DNA of 64,000 bases, from assembly GCA_963805975.1 (NCBI GenBank), contig CAWDVR010000003.1, positions 256,001 to 320,000 of the forward strand, in the 5' to 3' direction. The DNA is from an uncultured Acidobacteriota bacterium (GTDB taxonomy: Bacteria; Acidobacteriota; Thermoanaerobaculia; Multivoradales; SZUA-115). Shown here one piece after another: positions 45,257 to 54,826 of the stretch; positions within the stretch are counted from its first letter, which is position 1; each line of letters begins with the position of its first letter. The position numbers were made by a program, and so were the translations under genes. Under the pieces are notes generated by a model. That model made no database searches, was not told where the DNA came from, and saw only the letters and a list, made by a program, of their open reading frames with translations.

Positions 45257-46458
45257 GGGTTCTCGTCACCCATCCCGGCCGGCAGCACTCCCATCAGGCC
45301 GCCCTGGGTCTCGCCCGCGCCGGCCTGCTGGCCGGGTACTGGGCCGGGGCGCCCAGCCTCGAGCACCACGGCCGCTTCGTTCCCCGCGCGCTCTGGCGGC
45401 GCTGGGTGCGCTACGCGCCGGTCGATCTGCCGGCCGCGCGCGTCGTCTGGTACCCCTGGCCGCCGGTGCTCCGCCGCCTGGCGGACCGCGCGCTGCCCGC
45501 GCCGGCCGCCGCCCGGGTCGACTTCGCGGCCTGCCGGCTCTTCGACCGCTGGGCCGCCCGGCGCCTGGAACGGAGCGCAGCGGAGGCGGTGATCGCCTGC
45601 GAGATCTCGGCGCTCTCGACCTTCCGCGCCGCCAGGCACCGCGGCCTTCGCACCCTGCTCGACGCGCCCTCGATCCACCATGCCGCGCAGGACCGCCTGC
45701 ACGGCTTCACCGAGCCGGCAGCGCTCCACCGCCGCATCACCGCGGTGAAGGACGCCGAGATCGAGCTCGCCGACGCCGTGATCACGGTCTCCGAGCTGGC
45801 GCGGGAGAGCTACCTCGAGGCCGGCCTGCCGCCCGAGCGCGTGCTGGCGATCCCGCTGGGCGCGGACACCGAGCTCTTCTCGTGGGGCGCGCCGGAGACC
45901 ACGGCGGCCGGCGCCGGGACGGGCGGTTTCACGTTCGTCTTCTCCGGCGCCATGATCCGCCGCAAGGGCTTCGACCTGCTGCTCGCGGCCTTCGACCGCG
46001 TGCGTGTGGCGGTGCCGGACGTGCGCCTGGTGATCGCCGGGCCGGGGGGAGACGCGGCCGGCGCCCTCGAGCGCTACGACGGCCGCGGCATCGAGCGCAC
46101 CGGCCCGCTGCCGCAGAGCGAGCTCGCCCGCGTGTTCCGCGCCGCGGACTGCCTGGTGCTGCCGTCGCGCAACGACTCCTTCGGCATGGTGGTGGTCGAG
46201 GCCCTGGCCTCGGGCCTGCCGGTGATCGCCTCGCGGATGGTGGGCGCCAGGGATCTGATCGCGGAAGGCGTGAGCGGCTGGGTGGTGCCGGTCGAGGACA
46301 CGGAGGCGCTCGCCCGGCGCATGGCCTGGTGCGCCGGCAACCGCGCCGCCGTCCACGCCATGCGGCCCGCCTGCCGCCGGGCCGCGGAAGCGGCGACCTG
46401 GCCCGCCTACCACCAGCGCTTCGCGGCCGCGATCGAGAGCTTTCTCGCCGCCAGATGA
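45253..46458 (+). CDS. Glycosyltransferase family 4
   Basis: TTG start overlapping previous stop; RKGFD, DSFGMVVVEALASGLP. Confidence 0.9.
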   Translation: MRVLVTHPGRQHSHQAALGLARAGLLAGYWAGAPSLEHHGRFVPRALWRRWVRYAPVDLPAARVVWYPWPPVLRRLADRALPAPAAARVDFAACRLFDRWAARRLERSAAEAVIACEISALSTFRAARHRGLRTLLDAPSIHHAAQDRLHGFTEPAALHRRITAVKDAEIELADAVITVSELARESYLEAGLPPERVLAIPLGADTELFSWGAPETTAAGAGTGGFTFVFSGAMIRRKGFDLLLAAFDRVRVAVPDVRLVIAGPGGDAAGALERYDGRGIERTGPLPQSELARVFRAADCLVLPSRNDSFGMVVVEALASGLPVIASRMVGARDLIAEGVSGWVVPVEDTEALARRMAWCAGNRAAVHAMRPACRRAAEAATWPAYHQRFAAAIESFLAAR

Positions 46459-47639
46459 AGATCCTGCAGGTGGTGCCCACCTACGTCCCGGCCCGGCGCC
46501 ACGGCGGGCCGGCGCTCGCCGTCCACGGCCTGGGGAAGGCGCTCGCCGCCGCCGGTCACGAGGTGACGGCCTTCACCACCAACGTCGACGGGGAGGACGA
46601 GATCGAGCTGCCGCTCGGCCGCCCGGTGGCGAGGGACGGCGTCGAGGTCTTCTACTTCCCGGTGCGCTTCCCGCGCCGCCTCTACCGTTCGCCGGCCCTC
46701 GCCCGCGAGGCGCGGCGGCGGATCGCGGCCTTCGACGTCGCTCATCTGCACTCGGTGTTCCTCGCTCCCACCTCGGCCGTGGCGCGGGCCGCCGAGCGCG
46801 CGGGCGTTCCCTACCTGGTGGCGCCGCGCGGCATGCTGGTGCCGGAGCTGATCCGGCGCCGCGGCCGGCTGCGCAAGACTCTGTGGCTGTCGCTCGTCGA
46901 GCGGCGGACGCTGGCGCGCGCCGCCGGCCTGCACGTGACCGGCGACCTCGAGGCCGAGGAGGCGGCTCGGCTCGGCCTCGCCCTGCCTCCCATCTACTCG
47001 GTGCCCAACGGCATCGACCCGGAGCTGCTGCGGCTCGACCCGTCGGCCACGCTTGCCGGGCCGGTGCGCACGGCGCTGACGCGGGGCACGTTCGTCCTCG
47101 TGCTCGGGCGCCTGTCGTGGAAGAAAGGCATCGACCGCCTGCTCGCCGCCCTGCCCCTGGTGCCGGGCGCCACGCTGGTGGTGGCGGGCAACGACGAGGA
47201 GGGCCTGACGGCGGCGCTGTCCCGCCAGGCCGCCGAGCTGGGCGTGGGCGACCGGCTGCTCTTCACCGGCCCGGTGGAGGGCGCGGACAAGGCGGCGCTC
47301 CTCCACGCCTCGAGCCTGCTCGTCCTGCCGTCGCACTCCGAGAACTTCGGCAACGTGGTGCTCGAGGCCATGGCCGTGGGCCGCCCGGTGGTGGTGACCC
47401 CCGCGGTCGGCCTCGCCGGCGTGGTGGCCGAGAGCGGCGCCGGCCTGGTCGTAGCCGGCGAGCCCGCGACGCTCGCCCAGGCGCTCAACGACCTCCTCGC
47501 CGCCAAGGAGCGGCGCGAGGAGATGGGCCGCCGCGGCCAGGCCGCCGCCCTCGGCCGCTTCGGCTGGCCGGCGGTGGCGGAGCGGATGGTCGAGGTCTAC
47601 AGAGAGGTGGCGGGGCGCCGCGTGCTAGTCGAGCGCTGA
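46455..47639 (+). CDS. Glycosyltransferase family 4
   Basis: GGP, APRGML, LGRLSWKKG, ENFGNVVLEAM. Confidence 0.92.
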   Translation: MKILQVVPTYVPARRHGGPALAVHGLGKALAAAGHEVTAFTTNVDGEDEIELPLGRPVARDGVEVFYFPVRFPRRLYRSPALAREARRRIAAFDVAHLHSVFLAPTSAVARAAERAGVPYLVAPRGMLVPELIRRRGRLRKTLWLSLVERRTLARAAGLHVTGDLEAEEAARLGLALPPIYSVPNGIDPELLRLDPSATLAGPVRTALTRGTFVLVLGRLSWKKGIDRLLAALPLVPGATLVVAGNDEEGLTAALSRQAAELGVGDRLLFTGPVEGADKAALLHASSLLVLPSHSENFGNVVLEAMAVGRPVVVTPAVGLAGVVAESGAGLVVAGEPATLAQALNDLLAAKERREEMGRRGQAAALGRFGWPAVAERMVEVYREVAGRRVLVER

Positions 47640-47792
47640 GCCAGCCCTAAACCTTCTCCTTTCTCGCGGATCTACCCGTTCGCCCGGCTGCCCGACCGCG
47701 CAGCTCGGAAACCGGCGACACCTCGGCCTGGACGCGGACCGTGCCGTAGCGCTCGCTCCGTTCGAACCGCGGCCGGTGACGGTCGGGGAGAT

Positions 47793-50042
47793 CTACGGCT
47801 CGCTCACCGCGTCCAGCGCGCGCTCCAGCACCTCGTCCCGGCCGGCGGCGAGGCCCGCCAGGGTGCGGGCCGCGGGGAGGGTGGGTCGGGCACCCACACC
47901 GTGGAATGGCGAGCCGTCGTGCTTCAGGACGCGCTGGCCGGTCCACAGGAAGCGGCAGCCGGCCGGCAGGTCGCTCCAGTTCGGGGTGCCGTTCTCTCCC
48001 GCCGACGGGGAGCCCACCAGCTCTCCCCAGCGGTAGTGCTCGATCATCGCCAGCAGGGTCTCGGTGTAGCCGGCGGCGCGGGCGTCGACCAGGAACGCCA
48101 GCCGTGCCGGGACGTGGGGCTCTCTGGGCTCGATCTTCCAGAAGCTCGTCAGCCACTCGAGCCCCGCGTGATCGGGCTGCAGGACGACCGGCACCTGCCA
48201 GTTGGAGCTGGCGGCGGTATTTCTCGCCAGGTGGGAGAGCAGCACCGTCGAGACCTCGGTGTCGCCGCGCAGGTCGAAGACCACTCCACGCGCTTCGACC
48301 AGTCGCGGCAGCAGGGCCTCGACCTCCGGCTGCGCCAGGCGGCGGAGGTCGAGGTAGAGCACGCCGGGCCGCGGCTCGGCCACCGCGGGCCACGAGGTGT
48401 CCGGAACCTGGAGCAGCTCCTCGCGCCGTGGGAGCGAAACCTCGAGCGGCCCGCTACCGGCTCGTTCGAGACCGAGCCGCACCTCGGAGCCGGGGCCGTC
48501 CCAGGCGAGGTGCTCCAGGGCCGCGGCCCGGCGGGCGGCCGCGGCTCGGCCGGAGGTGCGTGCCTCGCGTTCCATCACCACCTGTTCGGCGGGCCGCCCA
48601 TCGAGGGTGGTCACCAAGTCGCCGACCCGGACCTCTCCGACCCCCTCCACACCGGTCACCACCAGCCGGCCTTCCACCCAGTCCCAGGCCACCGGCAGCC
48701 GCGCGCTCGGCTCGTGGCCACGCAGGCGCACCGTGGCGCGGAGATCGGAGAGCGGCACCAGCAGGCGCTCCAAGGCAGCGGAGAACGCCTCTCGGTCCGC
48801 CGCCTCGGCGGCACGGGCGAGCGCCGCCGGCAGGGCCACCGCCCACTCCGGCGAGGAGGTGTCGAGCCAGGGGTGGAGGTGCTGTGCGATGCCCCAGGCC
48901 AGCGCCACCGCGGCGAGCCGCGCGGCGCGGGTGTCGGCCTGGGCGTCGACACCGTCCCACGGGCGGGCTGGCGGGCTTTCCGCGGGCACGGCGGGGCGGT
49001 GGGGTAGGGTGCCGCGTTCGTCCGCGTAGAGCGTCCGCGGCACCAGCGCCGCGACGCCTCCGCCCAGCTCGACGACCGGCGATTCGTCAGGCGATGGGAA
49101 GCGCGGCGTGGCGATGGCATCGCTCGCCACCTCGGCGCAGCCACCACGAAAACAGGGCTCGCCACGGCGGAGCACCAAGTGGTAGCCGGCACTGATCGAC
49201 TCGTAGGGGAAGGCCCAGCCCCGCGGCTGGCGGCCGGGCTCGCCGATCTCGAATCCGGGGTTGGCGAGCGCCACCGTCGGCCCGCCGTCCGCGCCCGCCA
49301 GGCTCACCTCGTCGATCCAGGCGCGCCCGCCGCCGGTGAGCACCAGGATGACAGCGATCTGCTCGGCGTCGGCCGCCACCTCGCCCTCGATCCCGGCCTC
49401 CGTCCAGACGCCGCTGTCGAGGCGGGCCCGCTCGAAGAAGCCGGGCTCGCCGCCGGCGCGGTCCACGCGCAGGCCGAGCTCCGCCCGGCCGCCGGGCTCG
49501 AGTGCCGTGCGGACTCGCGCGCGGAGCCGAACACGGCGGCCCCGGAACGGCTCCGCGGCCACCGCCTGGGCCAGGGTGCCGAAGCCCAGGGGAGAGACGC
49601 TGTCGATGCGCTCGCTGCGGTAGATCTTGGAGCGCCCGCCGAATCGCCCGCCGAAGTGCCGCCAGGCGACGATCCGAAGGCCGGCCCCCTCCGCCGGCGC
49701 GGTGAGCTCGGGCGCCGGGACCGGCCGCGAGCCGGAGGGGAAGACGCGGAGGCTCGGCGCGAGCGGCTGGAAGAAGCTCTCGAGCACCGCTGCCAGCGCC
49801 TCCGCGTCGCGGGCGCTCTCCACCGCCTCCACTCCGGCCACCGCCACCCGGTTCCAGTCCGCCGCCGCGGCTTCGTCGCTCGGGTGAAAGAAGCGCACAA
49901 GCGAGACGAGGCGCGTGAAGGCCACGAGGTTCGCGAGCCCACGCTCCGAGAGCGGCGGCGATCCCTGGCCCACCGCTGCGGGTGAGAGCAGCAGGGCGAG
50001 CGAGAGGCAGGCTACGGCAAGCGCGCGCAGGATCTCTCTCAT
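47793..50042 (-). CDS. Secreted S41 peptidase-like protein with PDZ and inserted beta-sandwich domain (catalytic Ser apparently absent)
   Basis: Signal peptide, VRFFHPSD, PDZ (VGDLVTTLDG), FDLRG, DARAAGYTE, GSPSAGENG, GVGARPT. Confidence 0.8.
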   Translation of the reverse strand: MREILRALAVACLSLALLLSPAAVGQGSPPLSERGLANLVAFTRLVSLVRFFHPSDEAAAADWNRVAVAGVEAVESARDAEALAAVLESFFQPLAPSLRVFPSGSRPVPAPELTAPAEGAGLRIVAWRHFGGRFGGRSKIYRSERIDSVSPLGFGTLAQAVAAEPFRGRRVRLRARVRTALEPGGRAELGLRVDRAGGEPGFFERARLDSGVWTEAGIEGEVAADAEQIAVILVLTGGGRAWIDEVSLAGADGGPTVALANPGFEIGEPGRQPRGWAFPYESISAGYHLVLRRGEPCFRGGCAEVASDAIATPRFPSPDESPVVELGGGVAALVPRTLYADERGTLPHRPAVPAESPPARPWDGVDAQADTRAARLAAVALAWGIAQHLHPWLDTSSPEWAVALPAALARAAEAADREAFSAALERLLVPLSDLRATVRLRGHEPSARLPVAWDWVEGRLVVTGVEGVGEVRVGDLVTTLDGRPAEQVVMEREARTSGRAAAARRAAALEHLAWDGPGSEVRLGLERAGSGPLEVSLPRREELLQVPDTSWPAVAEPRPGVLYLDLRRLAQPEVEALLPRLVEARGVVFDLRGDTEVSTVLLSHLARNTAASSNWQVPVVLQPDHAGLEWLTSFWKIEPREPHVPARLAFLVDARAAGYTETLLAMIEHYRWGELVGSPSAGENGTPNWSDLPAGCRFLWTGQRVLKHDGSPFHGVGARPTLPAARTLAGLAAGRDEVLERALDAVSEP

Positions 50043-50049
50043 CCGGCCT

Positions 50050-53000
50050 TCAGAGGAGCCGCATCTGCTCCGGCGGGCGGGGCCGGGTCTCGGTCTCGCG
50101 CCGGCGGTCGAGGAGGGCTTCCTCGATGTCGGCCAGGAAGGGCGACGGGCGGCAGTCGCGGCTCTGGCCCCAGAGGGTGCGGCGCCGGGCGTGGGAGAGG
50201 AAGAGGTGGGAGCGAGCCCGCGTGAGGCCGACGAAGAAGAGGCGCCGCTCCTCGTCCACGGCCGTCGGTTCTCCGCCCGGCCAGACGAGCGGCAGCAGCC
50301 CCTCCTCGCAACCCACCAGGAAGACCACCGGCCACTCGAGGCCCTTGGCGGCGTGGAGCGTGAGGAGCGACACGCGCTCGGCGCGCGGGTCCCAGGCGTC
50401 GACCTCGGCGCCCAGCGAGACCGCCGCGAGGAAGCCTTCGAGGTCGTCTCCCAGCGGCGCGGCGAGCGGCCGCAGCAGCTCGACAGCACCGCGGAGCGCG
50501 GCGCTGTCGGTCGTCACTCTGCCCTCGCCGCTCCCGGAGCCCAGTGCCAGCGCCGCCTTCGCCAGGCGCGCCTCCACGGTGCGCGCCGCGCCGGCCGGCT
50601 CCCGCGTCCCGGCTTCGGTGGCCAGCTCCCGGAGCAGCAGGCGCACGGTGCGGTCCCCGGAGAGCGGATGGTGCGAGCGCTTCTGGAAGGGCATGCCGGC
50701 ACGGCCCAGCGCCTCGGCCAACGGCGCGGCCTGCGCGTCCGTGCGGTAGAGCACGGCGAAGTCGCCGAAGGAGAGCTCGCGCGCTCCCTCGTAGCCGCCG
50801 CGGCCGGTGTCGACCGAGTAGTACGAAGTGCCGCCCAGCAGGCGCTCGATCGCCGCCACCACCTGCTCGGCCTCGGCCCGCTCGCTCGCCGCGGCCTGGA
50901 TGGTGATGCGCTCGGCGAGCGCGGCGCTCACCGCTTCGAGCCGCCGCTCCGGCACCAGGCTCGACGGCCGGATCGCCTGGCACGCGGCCTCGACGATGGT
51001 GCGGCTCGAGCGGTAGTTACGGCCCAGATGGACGATTCGCGCTCCAGGATAGTCCTCCCGGAAACGCAGGAAGAACCCGACCTCGGCGCCGCGGAAGCCG
51101 TAGATCGACTGGTCCGGGTCGCCGATCGCGCAGAGGTTGGCGCCGGCGGGCGCCAGGTGGCGAACGAGGCGGTACTGCAGCGCGTCGATGTCCTGGTACT
51201 CGTCGATCGACAGGAAGCGGTAGCGCTCGCGGTACAGGCGGGCGATCTCCGGCCGTTCCTCGAAGAGCGCCAGGGGCTGCAAGAGGAGGTCGTCGAAGTC
51301 GAGGAGGCCGCGGTCAGCCAGGGCTTCCTCGTAGGCGCGGACTTGGGCGAGGGCCTCGGTCTCCTTTTCCGGCCCCCTCTCCCGCCTCCTCCGCGAGATC
51401 TCCTCCAGCACCCGCCCCCGCGCCGCCTCGGCACCGAAGAGAGCGCGAGCGATCTCGTCGCGCTCCGCGGCGCCCGCGATGCGCAATTTGCCGTCGAGCC
51501 CCAGCTCGTGGCGCTGCTCTTGAAGGATGGCGTGGCCCAGGCCGTGGAAGGTCGCGACCCGGATGCGTGCCGCCCCCGGCACCCGCCGCGCCAGGCGCTC
51601 CTCCATCTCGGCCGCCGCCCGGCGCGTGAAGGTCACGGCCAGGCACTCCTCGGGCGCCACGCCGCGCTCTCCCACCAGGTACGCGAGGCGGTGGGTGAGA
51701 GTACGCGTCTTCCCGGTACCGGGCCCGGCGAGGATCAGGAGCGGCCCGCTCTCGATCTCCGCCGCCTCGCGCTGCTCGGGATCGAGGTCGTCGAGCACCG
51801 ACGCCGGGCCGTGCGTTGCGGGTGCCGACCGCTCGGCGGGACCGGCGAGCAGGTCGAGCTGCTCGAGCGAAGCGGGCGGCTCGACGGATGCGCGCGGGCC
51901 CGGCATTTTGGGCAGAGCCGCAGAGCGCCGGGGCGCGACCCCGCCCTCGAAGAGCGCGGCAACGGTCTTGCGCGCCGCGATCTCACCGGGCTCGAAGAGG
52001 CGGATGACGCCGTACTCGCCGTCGTAACCGGACTCCCGGTACACCTTGCCTTGGCGCAGGCGGGTGAGCGCTTCGACGAGGAGCGGGTCGCCGCCCTTTG
52101 CCAGATCCTCGAACGGCAGGCTCTCGAGCACGTCCAGCTCCGGCCCGCAGCGCGCCGCGAGCTCGGCGAGCGCCTGCTCCACCTTGCGGCTCTTCGGCCC
52201 CACGCCGTGGATCTCGCCCAGCACCTCCGGCAACGGCACCAGACAGCGAAACGGCGAGCGCTGCTCGCGCTCACTGCCCACCGGCCGATCCGCCAGCTCC
52301 TCCACGCGGTGCAGCACGCCCACGGTGAGCGGCTTGCCGCAGGTGGGGCAGCGGCCCAGGCAGGCCCGCGTCTCCTCCGGTTCCAGGCGCACGCCGCAGG
52401 CGCGATGGCCGTCGAGGTGGTACTTGCCCTCTTCGGGAAAGAACTCGACCGTGCCGCCGTAGCCCTCGCCGGTTTCGAGCGCGCGGCGGATGGCGAAGTA
52501 GTCGAGCTCGGTGTCGAAGGAGCAGGCCTCGCGGCCGAGCATGGGCGGCGAGTGCGCGTCCGAGTTCGAGACCAGCGTGAAGCGGTCGAGGCGCGACACC
52601 CGCCAGTTCATCGGCGGGTCGGAGGAAAGGCCGGTCTCGACGGCGAAGATGTGCGGTGCCAGATCGCCGTAGCACTCCTCGACGCTGTCGAAGCCGGACT
52701 TCGAGCCCAGGGTCGAGAACCAAGGCGTCCACACGTGGGCCGGCACCAGGTAGGCGTCCGGCCCGCTCTCGAGCGTGATCTCCAGGAGGTGCCGCGAGTC
52801 GAGGCCCAGGATCGGCCGCCCGTCCGAGGCGAGGTTGCCGATCTTGCCCAGCTTCTCGCGCAGCCGCGCCGCGGTCTCGAAGCTCGCGGCGTAGATCAGG
52901 TGGTGGACCTTCCGCGTGCGCTCGCCCTTCTTGTAGATGGTCGAGATCTCGACCTCGAGCAGGAAGCGCACCGGCCCGCGGCAAGGGCCGGGAAGCCGGC

Positions 53001-53226
53001 CTTCGATTTCGCGCTCGATCTCGGGGCTCAGGCGGAAGAGGCCCGGCTCGGCCGGCACCAGCTTCTCGCGCAGCTCGTCGAACCAGCCGGGGTGGGTGAA
53101 GTCGCCCGTGCCCACCACGGTGATCCCCTTCCTCTGCGCCCACCAGGCGAGGTGCTCGAGGTCCGCGTCGCGGCTCGTGGCGCGCGAATGCTTGGAGTGG
53201 ACGTGGAGATCGGCGTAGAAGCGCAC
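50050..53226 (-). CDS. Endonuclease Q-like PHP domain fused to UvrD/REP helicase
   Basis: DLHVHS, GTGDFTHP, NSDAHS, Cys4 Zn motif; then AGPGTGKT, IDEYQD, NYRS, TLHAAKGLE. Confidence 0.9.
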   Translation of the reverse strand: MRFYADLHVHSKHSRATSRDADLEHLAWWAQRKGITVVGTGDFTHPGWFDELREKLVPAEPGLFRLSPEIEREIEGRLPGPCRGPVRFLLEVEISTIYKKGERTRKVHHLIYAASFETAARLREKLGKIGNLASDGRPILGLDSRHLLEITLESGPDAYLVPAHVWTPWFSTLGSKSGFDSVEECYGDLAPHIFAVETGLSSDPPMNWRVSRLDRFTLVSNSDAHSPPMLGREACSFDTELDYFAIRRALETGEGYGGTVEFFPEEGKYHLDGHRACGVRLEPEETRACLGRCPTCGKPLTVGVLHRVEELADRPVGSEREQRSPFRCLVPLPEVLGEIHGVGPKSRKVEQALAELAARCGPELDVLESLPFEDLAKGGDPLLVEALTRLRQGKVYRESGYDGEYGVIRLFEPGEIAARKTVAALFEGGVAPRRSAALPKMPGPRASVEPPASLEQLDLLAGPAERSAPATHGPASVLDDLDPEQREAAEIESGPLLILAGPGTGKTRTLTHRLAYLVGERGVAPEECLAVTFTRRAAAEMEERLARRVPGAARIRVATFHGLGHAILQEQRHELGLDGKLRIAGAAERDEIARALFGAEAARGRVLEEISRRRRERGPEKETEALAQVRAYEEALADRGLLDFDDLLLQPLALFEERPEIARLYRERYRFLSIDEYQDIDALQYRLVRHLAPAGANLCAIGDPDQSIYGFRGAEVGFFLRFREDYPGARIVHLGRNYRSSRTIVEAACQAIRPSSLVPERRLEAVSAALAERITIQAAASERAEAEQVVAAIERLLGGTSYYSVDTGRGGYEGARELSFGDFAVLYRTDAQAAPLAEALGRAGMPFQKRSHHPLSGDRTVRLLLRELATEAGTREPAGAARTVEARLAKAALALGSGSGEGRVTTDSAALRGAVELLRPLAAPLGDDLEGFLAAVSLGAEVDAWDPRAERVSLLTLHAAKGLEWPVVFLVGCEEGLLPLVWPGGEPTAVDEERRLFFVGLTRARSHLFLSHARRRTLWGQSRDCRPSPFLADIEEALLDRRRETETRPRPPEQMRLL

Positions 53227-53239
53227 GGTGCAGGGAAAG

Positions 53240-54010
53240 TCAGGGGCCGATCTCGACGATCAGGCTGCAGCAGGTCACGGCGCCCTCGGCCTTGGCCAGC
53301 TCGGATTGATTCACCGTCCGCACCGAGAGGCCCTGCGCTTCGAGCCGAGCGCGAGTCCGCGGGTAGCTCGTCGGGTAGACGACGTGGCTCGCGACCGGCA
53401 ACCCGTTGGCCGCGAAGGGCTCGGCCGGGTCGACCTCGAGCAGCCGGAGGCCGGAGAAATGCTCGCCGTCCACCCAGCGCGGGTTGAGGAGCACCGTGCC
53501 GGGCGCCACCAGGGTCGCGGTGGACTTGAGGTGCAGGCAGTCGCGGAAGGGCACGCCCCGCACCTGGTAGCCGTGGGATGCCACCAGGCGTCGGAGCTGT
53601 TCTCGCCCGGCATCGTTCGAGCGGCTGGACTCGCCCACGTAGAGCGTTCTGCCCGCTCGGATCACGTCGCCGCCGTCGAGCGTGCCCGGTTCCTCGATCC
53701 ATCCCAACACGCGGTAGGGCGCCACTGCCGTGGCGATGGCTTCCGTCTCGCCACGCCGCGAGGCGGCACCCGGCCGGCAGATCACCGCCAGCTCCGGCAG
53801 CACCACGGCCGCGTCCTCCACGAACACCGAGTCCGGCAGCTCCTCCGCGACCGGCAGCCGCAGCACCGCACAACCCAGCGCCGTGAGCAGCTCCTCGTAC
53901 TCGCGATGCTGCTCCCGCGCCACCTCGAGGTCGATAGGCGACCGCTCGAGATGCGTCAGCTCGCACTCCGCAAGCCGCGGGCTGATGGCTCGGGTGATGG
54001 CCAGGAGCAT
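53240..54010 (-). CDS. Dimethylarginine dimethylaminohydrolase (amidinotransferase family)
   Basis: PDSVFVED, LDGGD, LHLKS, C-terminal GAVTCCS. Confidence 0.9.
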   Translation of the reverse strand: MLLAITRAISPRLAECELTHLERSPIDLEVAREQHREYEELLTALGCAVLRLPVAEELPDSVFVEDAAVVLPELAVICRPGAASRRGETEAIATAVAPYRVLGWIEEPGTLDGGDVIRAGRTLYVGESSRSNDAGREQLRRLVASHGYQVRGVPFRDCLHLKSTATLVAPGTVLLNPRWVDGEHFSGLRLLEVDPAEPFAANGLPVASHVVYPTSYPRTRARLEAQGLSVRTVNQSELAKAEGAVTCCSLIVEIGP

Positions 54011-54015
54011 GGATC

Positions 54016-54447
54016 TCAGTTTGGAAAAGGAGGAACGATTCCGAGCCCAGGGATGTGCTCAGCGAGGAACGTCAGGTCGGAATCGCGGCTGATCAACGTG
54101 ATCCCAGCCTCTCGGCAGGAAAGCGCGAGCAGGGTGTCATTGAGAAAGGCGGAGCTGGGAGATCTCGTTCCTTTTTGCAGGCTGGCCAAGAGCGTTCCGG
54201 CTTTCCACCAAGCGGCCACCGTGGGGGCGAAGGTCCGACCTCGGCGTATGAAAGGAGCGCCGATCTCTGCCTCGAGAATCTCGGCATGCTTGTTCGACCT
54301 GGCGCCGGCGAGGATTTCCTGCAAGACCACCGCGCTCAGGAAAGTCACAGGAAGGTGTTCGCTGAGAAAGGCTTTGAGTGCTTGCCGGTGTGAATCCAGC
54401 CGGAGCGCATCGATGTAGACGTTGGTGTCCAGCGCAAACTTCGCCAT
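54016..54447 (-). CDS. PIN-domain toxin (VapC family)
   Basis: LDTNVYI, VLQEI, NDTLLA, SRDSD. Confidence 0.88.
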   Translation of the reverse strand: MAKFALDTNVYIDALRLDSHRQALKAFLSEHLPVTFLSAVVLQEILAGARSNKHAEILEAEIGAPFIRRGRTFAPTVAAWWKAGTLLASLQKGTRSPSSAFLNDTLLALSCREAGITLISRDSDLTFLAEHIPGLGIVPPFPN

Positions 54448-54450
54448 CGC

Positions 54451-54693
54451 TCAGCGCCGCCGCTTGTATACATCCCGAATCGGACCCAGGGCTGCCGCAG
54501 CCTCCAGCCCGGCAAATACCTCAGTCTGAAACGCCACCATGTCGAGAGCCCTATCCACAGCCTCGGTTTCCGTGGCCACACCGAAGTGCCTCTTGGCCGC
54601 GTCCAGCTTCTCCTGGTCCATCGCCATATTTTTCCGTACCAGGTTGCGGGACTTGGTTTTCGATCTTCCTGGGTTGACGACGAGCCCTTCCAT
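54451..54693 (-). CDS. VapB-like antitoxin
   Basis: RKNMAMDQEKLDAAKRHFGVATETEAVDRAL ribbon-helix-helix pattern; upstream of PIN gene. Confidence 0.8.
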   Translation of the reverse strand: MEGLVVNPGRSKTKSRNLVRKNMAMDQEKLDAAKRHFGVATETEAVDRALDMVAFQTEVFAGLEAAAALGPIRDVYKRRR

Positions 54694-54769
54694 GGCACGA
54701 CCTCCTATCTGTACGAGTGTCAGTCTAGATCTGTATGCCTAAGAACCGCAAGGGAGGTGCGCAGCCCCC

Positions 54770-54815
54770 TTGACTACGCCTGTAGTCATAGTTATCATGC
54801 CTACAGATGTCGTCA
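54770..54815 (+). promoter_or_regulatory. Sigma70 promoter overlapped by two BlaI-type operators
   Basis: TTGACT-N17-TATCAT; palindrome TGACTAC-GCCT-GTAGTCA (54771-54788) and imperfect copy TGCCTACAGATGTCGTCA (54798-54815). Confidence 0.8.
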
Positions 54816-54826
54816 CGAGGGCGCAA

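Noticed and set aside
11593-47639. PEP-CTERM/exosortase system
   Set aside because: No exosortase gene or PEP-CTERM tail is recognisable in the window
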